A stretch of 62,721 bases of DNA, the filler included, from Collodictyon triciliatum (lineage: Eukaryota), in assembly GCA_043381765.1 (NCBI GenBank). It is 7 parts of 7 records of this genome, joined end to end, with 100 filler letters (N's around TTAATTAATTAA, not from the genome) between each part and the next. Parts side by side here need not be neighbours in the genome. Positions count along the whole stretch, not along the records: positions 11,036 to 21,947 come from JBHJMP010002532.1; positions 22,048 to 32,948 come from JBHJMP010002533.1; 5 more parts are not named here. One strand, 5' to 3'. Shown piece after piece: positions 12,885 through 28,631 of this stretch (within the stretch, counting starts at the first letter, position 1; each line of letters begins with the position of its first letter). A program made the position numbers and the translations under genes. A model generated the notes under the pieces. That model ran no database searches and was not told the origin of the DNA. It was given only the letters and a program-made list of their open reading frames with translations.

Positions 12885-14429
12885 CTACTTGCTTGCTTTT
12901 CTGTTGATAAAGCACTGGAGAGCGCGAGTCCTGTACTCTAACTTCGTTGGCGTGGGAGTTTCTCTCCAAACCGCAGCGAGCTCTTTGGTCAACTTCTTTG
13001 CCGTCATGTCTGGGTTTTTCCTTTGCACTTCGCCTCTCATCTCCTTGCAGAAGAGGATGAATGGGCTAAGAGTACTGCGTTTCTTTTTTTGAACACGGGG
13101 TGTCTCCTCGATTACTAGAATTTTGGTCTTTTTTTTCTTGGGCTTCTTTCCAACAATTGTTGTCAGTGGTCGGAATGAATTGGCATAAGCCAGGGCATTG
13201 GCTTTTGCGTTGGCCTTGATTTTAGGATCGACTTTTGCTTTACCATCAGATTCAAGGCTGATGTCGCTATCAGATTCATCAAGGTCGATGCACAACGGTT
13301 CCTCTGTTCGCAAAATCGGTTCAGATTGTTCTCTCTCGTGAGCAACAGGCCCTACATCTATGAAAATATTGTTTGGATTTGATTCTGTATTAATTGGGGC
13401 TGGGGTTTCAATATCTTTTTCATATGAACTAATTCGTGCTTGACAATCATGACAGCGAGTGGCTGCGGTTGTCTTCGTCGGAGTTTCAGTAGGGGTTTGC
13501 GTAGACATATCCGTCTTCAAAGTGAGGTTTGATTTGTGGAAATAGAACATTTGTTTCTGCTGCCTCTCCTCATGGATAGAATCTAAAGATTGCTGCGACA
13601 TGGAATCAAGGGAAGCTGATTCTGGATTCTCAAGGACAAGTTGCCTCAAGTGATTTTTTAACGACGGGGTGCTGACTTTCTGGAGTCGAGAGAAGTTTTC
13701 ATCCTGTTCAGAAGGTCCCAGAGTTTGTTGAGTCCTTTGCTCATGGCAAATAGGAACTTCTTTCGCCAATGAATCCTTGCAATCTAGAGGGTGAGACACT
13801 GCATTTTGAATTTCAGCATCAGGCTTGTAAACGGGTTGCTTTTGATGATTGAGAGGGTGTAGAATGGGGGGCTCAGGTGGTGGCATCCAGATGGCGGTTG
13901 CTTGAACAACGGTAGAGTTGGTCCCTTGGTTAATCTGCCGATATTGATTGGCTGCTCGTGTAATCGATGGGTTTGGAGAGGGAGTCAGATTCCCCTGTCC
14001 CAGTTGGGTTATCACCTGCTCAAGAAAAGATGGAGATATCTGGGATGAGGCAGAAGAGATATTACCTTGGCGCTCTCCCTGGAAGTATTGAATGGGCTGA
14101 AAAGCGTACTGAATGGATGAAGCACCAGTCAAAGGACTAAGTGAGTCATAGCTGTACAACATGACGATGGTCTTCATTCCAGCGTCTTTTTGTTGAGGTT
14201 GGTTGGCCTGGGATGAAATTCTTGGATGTTGTTGTGAATTAAGAGACGAGTTGTATTGGGGATAGCCGTTCTATCCGGTTTGGTTGGCATAGAGCGACGG
14301 AGTTCCTGGGTGCGAGCGTATTATCACATTATCGAGCTCTGAAAAAGAGACTCCGTTCGGCGTCTGGCCAACGGATGCAAGAGGAGAGAAGGCCATCATT
14401 CTGGAATCGTCTGTGGGCGTGTTGTCCAT
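12885..14429 (-). CDS. HMG-box protein (C-terminal HMG box, long low-complexity N-terminus); in-frame TAG at 14271-14273
   Basis: HMG motif KRSTLSPFILFCKEMRGEVQRKNPDMTAKKLTKELAAVWRET...KLEY. The 430-aa ORF (ATG 14177) extends in frame to ATG 14429 apart from one TAG. Confidence 0.8.
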
Positions 14430-17400
14430 AATATCCCTACCAAATGTTTAAATTATATTTCTCAAAATTTTCATTATCGTAGCATGCAAATGCAAGTAAT
14501 AAAGAGGACAATTAAAGATACGGGCGACGATTAAATAAAGAAAGTGGGTAATATGTGTCCGGAAAATAGCTTTGGCTTCCATGCATGGTAATTTTTTGTA
14601 ACCTTTAATCGAAATATTGTAATGTATAAGTATAGCACAAAGAAAATTGTTGGATTTTTCTACAAAATTGTGATTCCTTGCTCCTTTTTACTATTATTAT
14701 TGTTATTGTTTTTTTGCGCAGGTATCCTCTATTACAATTATATAAAAACAACATTAACAACAATAATAATAATAACAAATAACAAAAAAAAAGGCTTTGT
14801 GGATTACACAGCGAATTAAAACTTTTCTTGTTCATCTGGTTTCCAGGTTTTAAGTTTTTGGCATTTTTTTGTGAACTTCTCTTATGTGCGGAGATTTTCG
14901 TGAATGCATATCTGAACATTTGAATAAAAAAAAAAAAAGGAAAGGAAAAATATGGGCCGCTTACTTTAAGTAATACTAGGTTCGAATGTGTTAGAAAAAG
15001 CGCAAGAAATCATTATTGCATAATTCTGCTCATAAAGTATTTTGTAATTAATAATATTCAAGGAGAATAAACATCAAGTAATCAAAAGAAAAAATAGATT
15101 TCTTCTCAATATCTTTCTTTTGGTCAAAAAAATTTAAACGCAAACTTGTATTTCAAAGTAATCGTGAACGCGACGGCTAACCCTATAATTTTTTTTTTGT
15201 TGTTCGCTCGATGGCCTTGGCGGCCACTTTTGATGCTCATCGTCTTATTTGTCAATACTCAAGCCTGGGCTTGGAAGAGAATAGGCTCTCTGCACCAGCA
15301 TCAGGCATAATAGTTAGGGAAGATAAAAGGTGATCACAATCAACAGGGCGATCAAGAGATGAAGCAAATCCAGTGTGATGTGTGATAAAAATAAATGATC
15401 GGTGATAGGCTGATTTCTTTAGCGAGAATCGGAGTTTCCTCGATTCGTTCATATATACATCGTTCTAAAATCCAATTAAAGTAATACTTAATTCATAACA
15501 AACAAACCAAAAAAAACTCTGCCAAATACAAATGAAATTGACTGAATAAAGCCTTTCAACAGGATCTCAAAGTTATAATTTTTTGGAATATCGTTCACGT
15601 CTTGGGAGAAAAATGAGGGCGAAATGAAAAAAAAACCAGCCCTTTGTGAAATCGTGTCGTGACATAGTTCGGTTGAATTTGCTTTGTCAACCGGCCATTC
15701 CGATTCTCAGGGAGGAATATGGCAAAAGATAAATCACACAAATATGTGAAGAAAAGCGCCAGCTTCACCTTGAAGTTTGGCGGTGAATGTTGTGAAATGA
15801 TGTTGCGATAGAAAAGCATAGCATCAGTAAGATACCAAATAATATTCATAGGCTGACACTGCATATTAGATATTTTAAGCGAATCATCGAAGCGGATAGA
15901 TACTGATTGGGAAATGGCATGGGATGGGATAGCAAGATGAGGTTATTACGAGTAATACAATCTGAATAGCTGTGATTGATTCGTGCATGGGTCGATTTTG
16001 GGCTCAGGCTTGCCTATCCCAAAAAATGAAGGAAAGGAAAGGAAAGGAAAGGAAAGCATTTTCCAATCAGATGGAATTTCTTTGAACAAAGCTTGCTGAT
16101 ATCTTTTCATATGGGACAAAAATATGCAAACTGAAAAATGAAGAGATGGTTGAAAAAAAAAAGATTTCATAGGAACCAGGTAAATGGTAATATGTTGATT
16201 ATTTTCGACCCGCGTTACAGTCATGACTTTGCTGAAGGGTACGTATAAGAAGAAGAAGAGAAGATGGTTTAGTTTGCAGAATATATGAATCAAATAGGCC
16301 AATAGCGATTTTTTTGGAGGAATTATATAAACCTTCACTTCTGTCTTAGGTCGCGTGAAGTAATTAACCTTTTTCAAAAAACCAAGTATAGGAAGAAGGA
16401 AAAAGGGTGCGGAAGAACAGGTGAAAAGGAATTGAGTTGGACCGCAAGACGATGCGAGACAGGTCGTTACGATCAGGTGGGTATGATGCACCGAAGCACT
16501 ACGCTATGGAGGCATTAAAGGAAGCTGCATGGAACAGATCTATTTCCCTTTGAGCTTTTGAGAGGGAGATGTGCACAAGCATCCAACTTTGCATAACGTG
16601 TGATGATTTCTTCAAAAAAACAGAATCTCAAAAGCACATGATGGAACCAGGTGATCGAAATGAATCAGCATATTTATTATAATTGTTAGAGGTGGCTGTC
16701 GGTGGTTGATGAAAGTGGTCTCACAAGAGCGGGCATCAGCCGAGGCGAGAAAACCGAGCCCGGTTCTAGATTCCATCCGGTTGATTGGACTTAATCGACT
16801 ATAAAAGATTGTTACTTTAAGCAGATCTAATCAAATAGGATGATTGGGTGATCACACGTGCGTTGATCAAGTGGTTTTCTCCAAGGTGACGAGCAAGCTA
16901 ACCAGCCAGAAAAAAACCATTATAATACAATGAAAGGATGCAAAGGGCTTGTATTATTAAGGAATATCGTCTGGCCTGGGTGTTCATGCCGAGCCGAAAT
17001 CATTCGCAGCGCCCTCAGACAAAGGCAGAGCCCAATTCGAACCAAACCTAGCCGGACCAAACAAAGTGCCATAATCATCTATTATTTTATTTGAATCTGT
17101 TTTTTTTTCTTTTTTTACATTTTTGGTTCTTGATTTTTTTTATATGATTCGAGGTTTTGGATTAAAAAAAAAAAATGAAAAGAAAGATGTGGGAGAAGTA
17201 AAGGAAGAAAGGAAAAGGAAAGGAATGCCTCAATCAATGAATCAGAAAAAGAGCGCAGACGAACTTCGAAATCGGGAATTTCATTTTGGAAAAGAATCGA
17301 GAAACTAGAATAAAAGAAGAAAAAAGGGAATAGAGGGCGGACTTGCAAAAGGATTACCGAGTTGTTAATTGACACTTTGGCCTTCCATCCCAAGTGTGGC

Positions 17401-18402
17401 GAGATTCCTCATTCGATCGACCCCTTCTGCGCCTTCGGTGCTTTGCCTTGCCTTTTGCCGTGGCGAGTCTGCCGGAGGGCGTTCTTTGGTTCTGCAGGAG
17501 CCGCACCAAATGATTGGCTGGTCCGATACCAGCAGAGCACTCTTTTTTTTTTTTTTTTTTTGCTTACGTGTGCATGTGTGTTTGGGTGTGTGAGGGAACA
17601 GAATTATGGGTTCTGATTGTCGGCCAAGTGACTTTCGCCTTGTGGTACTCGTGGCGTTTTATTTCGGGTGCATCCAGCCGCGGATGTGAGGAAAGAATAA
17701 ACAAATGATCAAATATGAAAATAAAAAAAATATAAAAGAACACAGAAAAGGACTTGGGTGGATGGTTTTGCTGCAACGAGTCCTTCAGGGGACACCGCAT
17801 CTCGTGATGAAGAGAGAATAGGGCCATGCTACCGCGATAGAAGCGTCTTGGATGCATTATGACGGGAATGTTGCTTCAACCCTCAGGATTATATGTCACT
17901 ATGGCGCCTCTACACATTAATCTCGAGACTGGCGTGGCATCTCGTTTGTTCACAACCACTTTAATACGCTGGTAACAAAAATATATATTCGAAAATATTT
18001 TCAGGTTTATCACGAACCACAACCGTAATTTTGAATTGTTGTATGTGAAAAAAACAATAAATTCCAGAAAAAGATATTCACCCTTCGTATGGGTTTGTTC
18101 TCTTAATGTCAATACTACAATTGTGGAAAATGTCGCTTCGTTTCTCATCAAATCACACCAAATCACATCCAATCACATCAAATCACATCAAATCACATCA
18201 AATCACATCAAATCAAATTGCAGCCATCCACTTTTTTCTTCTTTCAATACCATTTTCATTCTTTCCTTTCCTTTCCAAAAAAAGCGAGTGCGCGTGATCA
18301 GACATGTGCCAAATGACTCCTATTCTACTCTCTCTCTTCCCGCTTCTTCTCAAAAGAACTTTCTTCGCCTGTGTTTCTGTCTGCTTGTGAACGCCGCCTG
18401 CG

Positions 18403-21550
<3,148 letters not shown>

Positions 21551-22047
21551 GTATATGTAACAAGAGAATGAGAAAAAAAAGAAAAGAAAAGGAGTTTTAT
21601 ACAATACGTAATTAAGAAAATAAAAAAAATGTAAGAGATGAACATAATACATGGAAAATAAGGAAAGCAACACTGAGAAATTAAATATATTTTAACTGGA
21701 AGTTGCCGATAACTGCATTTCACTCATAAGATAAATAAAACAATAATACCCGACGAGGAACGAAAACAAAAACAAAACAACACTCCTCTCCGATTGAACA
21801 TCGTGATTCATAAGCTAAAACAGAAACAAAACAAAGAAAAGAACCAATTGATTACTTCCCAGCCAAACGTCTATTCATATATGAAGTTGTATATTCATGC
21901 GCATCGTGTTTCTCTCCGCCATTCATAAACGACAAAATCGCAAACATNNNNNNNNNNNNNNNNNNNNNNNNNNNNNNNNNNNNNNNNNNNNTTAATTAAT
22001 TAANNNNNNNNNNNNNNNNNNNNNNNNNNNNNNNNNNNNNNNNNNNN

Positions 22048-22625
22048 GTGTGGGCGGCCGTGGAGGTGGGTCTTTGGAACACAGACACCGATGCAGATGC
22101 ACTCATCTGGTGGGAGGACATCTGTTGGGCAGCTTTTTCGGCGATAGCAGCTTGGCGCGTTACTCTGCGAGTAGCATACATGCCAGCCTTTATCGCGGAG
22201 GTGGCTGCCTTTGTCGGCTCTGTCTGTTTGAGGGTGCTGCGAAGTGTTGTCTGTTTGCAGACATCGGAGTTGCCGCTCGCCTTCGCTTGGGTGGCGACGG
22301 GCTTTCTTTGTGTCCGCTGTGGGGAGTCGTTGGGGCGACCTGTCGGGGAGGATGCGGAGGCGGCAGGGGATGTTTGGGTCTTTGTCCGCAGTGGAAGAGG
22401 AGCCTCTTGCGGAGTCTTTGGGGTTGGCGGGGGGTTTTGTCTGGGTTGGTGTGCGCGCTGACTCTGGAATCGGCGCGAGCTGTGGTGTGGCTTCGCCTTT
22501 GTTGTGGGGTAAAGCGCTCGGCCATCTCCCTGAGGGAGTATGCAAGGCCCAGGCCGCTTGACAGGTCTTACACCAGCAGCACAACGCCCTCTGTGGCGCA
22601 CTCGCGGGTGCGGTGGACTTAGCAT
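22048..22625 (-). CDS. GC-rich, basic P/T/A-rich ORF running off the contig end (unknown gene or retroelement ORF1 5' part)
   Basis: ATG at 22625, open to the gap. Composition is far more GC-rich than the flanks. No recognisable domain. Confidence 0.3.
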
Positions 22626-22814
22626 AGCTGCTCCAACAGACGCAGGCGTGTGGCGTGCGTCAGTGTCTCAGTGTACTCGCCCACAAGGCACACCACGCAG
22701 CCGGCCGGGTAGAGTCCCTTCTCTTGCATCCCTTCTGCTCGCTCCACTGGTCGCGTCCGTTAGTGTTCGTAGGCCATATTCTCGTCGTCAAGTTGAGGCT
22801 TGGTTGCCATACGT

Positions 22815-22868
22815 GTGGTTTTTGTGCAAAACCAAAGGGAAACGTGGTTTTTGTGCAAAACCAAAGGG
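22815..22868. repeat. Tandem duplication of a 25-bp hairpin unit
   Basis: GTGGTTTTTGTGCAAAACCAAAGGG at 22815-22839 and 22844-22868. Each copy folds TGGTTTT/AAAACCA. Confidence 0.9.
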
Positions 22869-22871
22869 CTG

Positions 22872-24672
22872 CTTGAAGCTGAAGCTAAACGCACAGTAAA
22901 CACGCGCGAATGTATTCTGCATAAGTTTCCGATTGTTTCGGTCTGCAAACAATGCTGGCCCATCACTGAAATGCGCAATAAATGCGAAAGGTTAGACATG
23001 AAAAAAAACCACCAAAATACACGAATACATCGAAGTCGAGAATATCGATTACCCATCAATCAAGGAAATCCAGCTGATTGAGGAGGCGGAAAAGAAGATA
23101 GACTCAATCACCGAAATCAAGGCGATAGTCGACACGGAAATGAAAAAGGTGGCATGTTGTTTGTAATTCATAAAGCCTCACTTGATTTCTAAGAAATTGC
23201 CAAAGAGAAAAACTTCTCATTTGTATCCTATGATATTCATTGTATCTATGATTTATAGTCAAAAACGTTCAACGCAGGTCGAGACAACACTGCAGCCAGC
23301 AAGCGACCGTGTCAAGTACGCACAGCACAAAGTGGAAGCAGCAAAGAAGATTCTGCAGCACTCAATCACAATGCTAAAAGAGTCGAAAGAAGTCTACGAG
23401 CACAGCGGCATTGTAGGCAAGCTTTTCAAGAGCGCGATGCTTGCACGAACAGCCGTTCAGACGGAAGCAGAGAAGGAAGAGTTGAGATTGTGGATGTGCA
23501 GCAGCTTGTAGCAAGCATCGAGGTCGGGGCAATGCGGTGATTGGAGAAAGTGGAGCACAGACGACGAAGGAAATCCACGCAAAGTGCGGGTTGGAGTTGG
23601 AAGAGCTTCGAAGGGAAAACGCAGAGTGGCAGAGACGCATGGAGGAGAGAGAGAGAAGCAGATGAGAGAGTTGGAAGGCAAAGTGGAGGAGTACCATGTA
23701 GAGAAGGAGCGGATTGCAAAGGCGGAGGAAGAAAAGAAGGGAATGGGGGTGGACTTGTACCAGAAGGCGTGGATACACAACATCGGAGACTAAGTTTTTC
23801 AGAAGAAGGTCGGGTCACAGGGAAGCGGAAATCATCAATTTAATTGTCTGTGGGGAATTGCTGCGCATCCAAAGACAAAGCAGATATTCGTTGTTGATTT
23901 CGGTAACCATCGTGTTCAAGTGCTGAACGAGGATTTGAGCTTTTATCGCACGTTCGGCACAGATGGTTCAGGCCCCGGTCAATTCAGTTATCCAATCGGA
24001 ATCGCTATTTCACTTGATGGACGCATCGCTGTCAGTGATATCAGTGGGAATCGTTTGCAGATATTTGATGACAACTTCAATGTGATTGATACTATTGAAT
24101 CGGGCCGCAAAAGAAGCGCACAAAGCACAGCATCGAGTGACTTTGAGGGGTTCACTAATCCATATAATATGTGCTTCGACAGTAAAGGCAATCTTTATGT
24201 TGCAAACTGTGGCAAGAATCAAGTGGAGAGGTTCAACCGGGTATTTGAGTATGAACGCTCATTTGCAGAGTCAACTTTGCAAGTGAAAGGAATCGCAAAA
24301 CCCGAAGACATTTGTGTGACTTCAAAGAGCGAAGTGTGTGTGATTGTTCACAGCGGAGACAAAATCAATGTTTATGACGCTATGGGAGTATTTCTGCGCA
24401 CGGTGAAGATTAACAAAGTGTCGGACTATGTTTTGATTGCAGAAGGTCCAAACAACACAATTGTGGTGAGTGAATACGGAAATCATCACATCCGCGTATA
24501 CGACTCGACAAAAGACAACGTTGATATTCATACGTTCGGCACATCCCCACAATCATCATCAAAAGATCGACACTTTAATTATCCGATGGGAATCTGCTTT
24601 GGACCGAATCAGAAACTCTATGTTTGCGATTATATCAATCACCGTGTTCAAATGTTTGGTGGAAGCGAATGA
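22872..24672 (+). pseudogene. B-box/coiled-coil/NHL-repeat (TRIM-NHL-like) pseudogene
   Basis: B-box remnant CILH-x7-CKQC...(R)NKC...HQN/H, coiled coil spread over several frames, TGA 23538-23540 and TAA 23791-23793. Then open NHL repeats to TGA 24672 (GSGNHQFN, DFGNHRVQV, GSGPGQFSYPIGIA, FNYPMGIC, DYINHRVQMF). Confidence 0.8.
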
Positions 24673-25088
24673 GAATGTGAATAAGCAGAATTCGATAGAG
24701 AAATATCGGCAAGGAAGGAGGGGATTGTGGAGCCGGGAAAGTGTGGATGGAATAAAACAGAATCACCCAACAAACGAATATTTAAGCCTAATTTATTTGT
24801 CATTTAATCAATGAATTTAAGACATATAACTCCCAACAAAAACAAAAGAGTATTACCTAATAAATATGCAATAGTATGGAACCATTTTTTATATTAATAA
24901 TATCAGTCCATTGCATTCCAAAGATATATATTTTTCATTTCAATTGTTTTATCGTATGATGATGACTGATTAAAAATTAATCATCACAAAGTCGGAGGGT
25001 AAGCTGCACAAAATTATGAGAAGCCTTTTTTTTGTGGGTCTTCACTTATTCATTTTTAATTTAGAAAAGTATATCAATAAGTAATAGA

Positions 25089-25478
25089 TTTTTTTTCTTC
25101 CCATTTTTGTGCAGGATGGTGGGGATGTTGGTTTTGGTTCGCTGGCCATCGTTTGCATGGATGCTACTTGATTGCCGGGTAGTAGAGAACGTGCAGGTGG
25201 CGAAGTGAGCTTTTGAGGATAGAGATTTGTATGATGTCATCCAGCCTATTATCAGGAATGGGTGGCTGGTTGTTGAGTCTTGCCTTGCGTGACGATATGC
25301 GCGCTATCCACATAGTCCACAGCAAGTGCCCTCGCGTCACTGCCCAGAATGTTTTTGCATCTGGACGCAGCTTTTGCAGATGCCCAAATATCGCCTGGAT
25401 TGGGTCAACAGCCGCAGCCGTCTTGAGTGTCAGTGGAAGAATCTCACCGGCTGTTTCGCGCAGGTTTTGAGCGCACAA
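25089..25478 (-). mobile_element. 3' fragment of a non-LTR retrotransposon (L1/Tx1-like ORF2 C-terminus plus A-tail)
   Basis: The ORF contains FWAVTRGHLLWTMWIAR, the W-x-(I/M)-W-x-x-R motif that follows the zinc knuckle in L1/Tx1 ORF2. It ends in ...CACCATCCTGCACAAAAATGGGAAG(A)8, shared with the TSD-flanked insert at 6576-6620. Confidence 0.7.
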
Positions 25479-25647
25479 TCACTTCATAAATGTATATACC
25501 CCTCAAAGTAATCCAATATCGTGTCTTCAAACACTTCTTTATGTCGGCTGGTTGGATCAATCATCACAGATCAAAACAGGCGTTGATTGTCTGGAAGACA
25601 CATATCCGCAACTCCTGCTTCGTCGCTGCTGCTTTGCTGTCCGCTCG

Positions 25648-26042
25648 ATGTCCCTGCTGAGTGGGTATTCCAGTTTCGGCGTTCTCGGACGTGGGAGCGC
25701 ACTCCACTGCCTTCGCCGAAGACTCGGCCCTGTTTCTGGAGGCTCGGCTGTGAGGCACTTTGGCTTTGGCCGGCCGAACTGCTTTGTTGGTGGGTCTAAT
25801 GCGGGCGCCGATGAGCAGTCAGGCACTGCAGCCGAAAAAGGCCCGGAGGGAAGCGGCGTTGCGGCGTTGCAGCCAAAGGAGCTTGTTGCAGAGCTCGATC
25901 GGCACATAATCGGCCAGGATGAGGCGAAAAAGGCGGTGGCCATAGCGCTTCGTAAGAGTTGCTTTATTTTCCTTTTTCCTTTTTCCTCTTCTTTTACCTT
26001 CTATCTTTTTTCTTAGTACTATTATTATTATTATTATTATTA

Positions 26043-26074
<32 letters not shown>

Positions 26075-26177
26075 GTTATTGTTATTGTTATTGTTATTAT
26101 TATTATTATACTTATTATTATTATTGTTATTGTTATTATTATTATACTTATTATTATTATTATTATTATTATTATAC

Positions 26178-26239
<62 letters not shown>

Positions 26240-28514
26240 TTCATCATCATCATTTTCCTTTACCATTATTGTTATTATTGCTATTATCATTGTCATATCG
26301 TTTCTTTAGGAAACAGATGGAGACGCCAAAGAGTAGGGGCCGACATCAAAGACGAAGTTCACCCAAAGAATATTTTGATGATCGGCTCGACAGGTGTGGG
26401 GAAGACAGAGATTGCACGAAGATTAGCCAAGCTATCTAACGCGCCGTTCGTCAAGGTTCCTTCGAGCGCATTCAATCTAATTCACGTTTCAAGTCTTTTT
26501 ACGCATATGTTGACATTTTGTCGGATACTGAGCTTGTGCGCACCAGTCTTTTATCTCTTTTATCTCTTTTTTCTCTTTTTTTCTCTTTTTTTCTCTTTTT
26601 TTCTCTTTTTTTCTCTTTTTTTCTCTTTTTTTCTCTTTTTTTCTCTTTTTTCTCTTTTTTCTCTTTTTTCTCTTTTTCCAGTGTGCATGTGGGGATATGT
26701 TTAATCTGGACCTGACACAAGGTCGAGGCAACAAAGTTCACATCTGTGGGATACTACGGCCGCGATGTAGATGAGATTATTACCGATTTGGTGCACGTCG
26801 CAATCCAAGCAGCCAAGGAGCGCCATCAATCACGGGCAAAAGCTCAATGGCTTGCAAAGGCAGAGTACACGATTGCAAAGAGACTGGCGCGGTTCAAGCC
26901 TGATATGGTCCACGAAGAAATCCTTGAAAAAATTCAGAAGGGAGAATTCGATGCTGAGGTGGTAGTGAATCTATGGACTTCTTTCACTTTTGTTTAATTA
27001 TTTTATTTTGACTTCTTTTCTTAATTCCATTCACTTATCATGCATGTTTACATAATATATTGCTTTTTACGTGCATAGACAATTTATTTTAATTTTTTTT
27101 TTTTTACTTTCTGTGCCTCTTGTGCCTGTAAAGTCTAATGTAATGTGTTCACTTAAAACATGCGCTTGCGTAGCCTGTGGAAATTGATTCAGGAAGCAAG
27201 AACCCGTCTTCATCCCCCAATGCATTTGAGTTTTCTTCGATGGCTACAATATTTCCAAGAGTAGACCCTGGCTCTTTTCAGTCTGGGAGCAAGTCTGGTG
27301 GCAAGCGCATGACGGTGCAAGAAGCAAGAGAGCAACTCATCAAGGAGATGTCAAACGCCGCACCAGTTGAGCCTAAGGTTGGGCCTCTGCTTCTTTTACC
27401 TTTCTTCGTGCAGTGATTTCATTTAATCCTCTTCCTCTCTTTTCTCCCAGGTAATTCAAGACGCTATCAAGGATGTGGAAGAGAACGGGATTGTGGTGAT
27501 CGACGAGATAGACAAGATTTGCATCAAGGCCGAGAATCGCCACGGGCCGGACGTCTCATCTGAGGGCGTTCAGCGGGACCTTTTACCCTTGATTGAAGGG
27601 TGCACTGTGAACACAAAACACGGCAACGTCAAAACGGACCATATTCTCTTCATCGCCGCCGGTGCATTTCACAGTGCGTGAGACTTTTGCATATTTTACT
27701 TCTCTTTCTCCCTCTCTTGTACTTTTGTTCTCTGTTCTCACATGATGTTTGCTTCTCTGTTTAAAATAATTATAATGATAATAATAATAATAAATTTGCA
27801 GCCTGCTCTCCTTCGGACTTGCTCGCCGAACTGCAGGGCCGTTTGCCCATCCGCGTGCAGCTCAAGAGCCTGACTCAAAAGGACCTCCACCGCATTCTCA
27901 CCGAGCCAGAATCATCCCTCATCAAGCAACAGGCACAAAACATCCACACCCCAAATGCTGTTCCCTTTCTCTTCTATTCCTCTACTTACGCCTTTGTCTG
28001 ATTTGCCTATTTTTTCATGTATGTTTTTTTTTTTATTGCCTATGTTGTCTGTATTTTTCTCTTTGTCTACACCAATCAACCTTATCACGTGCAAATTCGC
28101 AATAGATTGCTCTGATGGAAACAGAGAATGTAAAGCTCGTGTTTACAGACGACGCCACCAACGAAACGGCGCGCATAGCGACTGAAATCAACACACAGGT
28201 ATTCCTCCCCTCCAACAACACATTATCCAACTTCCATCACATCACCAAAAGGATGAAGTAAAATAATAATAAAAAATAAATAAAAAACTATCCATTAAAT
28301 CCACTATAAATCTAAAATCTAAAGCCAAACACCATCGCAGATCCAAAACATCGGAGCGCGACGGCTGCACACGGTTGTGGAGCGCATCATGGAGGACATT
28401 TCGTTCGAAGCACCCGAGAAACCGGGGGAGTCTGTGGTTGTGGACGGCGATTACGTGCGGGGGCGACTGCAGCCGCTGCTGCACAAGCACGACCTGTCCA
28501 AGTTCATTCTGTAA
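25648..28514 (+). CDS. hslU: Mitochondrial HslU (ClpY) ATPase of the HslUV protease, 8 exons
   Basis: [97 protein letters not shown] and C-terminal DLSKFIL-TAA. Arg-rich N-terminal presequence. Confidence 0.96.
26020..26240. repeat. (TTA)n microsatellite in hslU intron 1
   Basis: Direct inspection. Confidence 0.95.
27933..28105 (+). other. GC-AG intron in hslU
   Basis: CAG|GCACAA...CAATAG|ATT gives LIKQQIALMETE, collinear with the HslU LIKQY.AL..TE motif. The next in-frame GT would insert 9 residues. Confidence 0.7.
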
Positions 28515-28631
28515 GGAGAGCGTCTGCGCACAACAACACCCGCCAATACAACCGCAAATGCCGAAGGAAAGCGGCTCCGTCAGGCACAGCAGCGGCGGGA
28601 TGGCCTTCGGGCGGCTGCGGAGGAGGGACCT

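Noticed and set aside
14271-14273. Genome-wide UAG reassignment (alternative genetic code)
   Set aside because: No in-frame TAG was seen in thousands of conserved codons of IFT172, HslU, MED23, AADAT or RPS8. TAA and TGA act as normal stops.
16747-16881. Possible structured RNA (GAGAAAACC...GGTTTTCTC enclosing small hairpins)
   Set aside because: Short stems are compatible with chance, and there is no recognisable ncRNA motif.
23538-23793. TGA/TAA readthrough or selenocysteine in the NHL gene
   Set aside because: Accompanied by several frameshifts and loss of a B-box Cys, so pseudogene decay is simpler.
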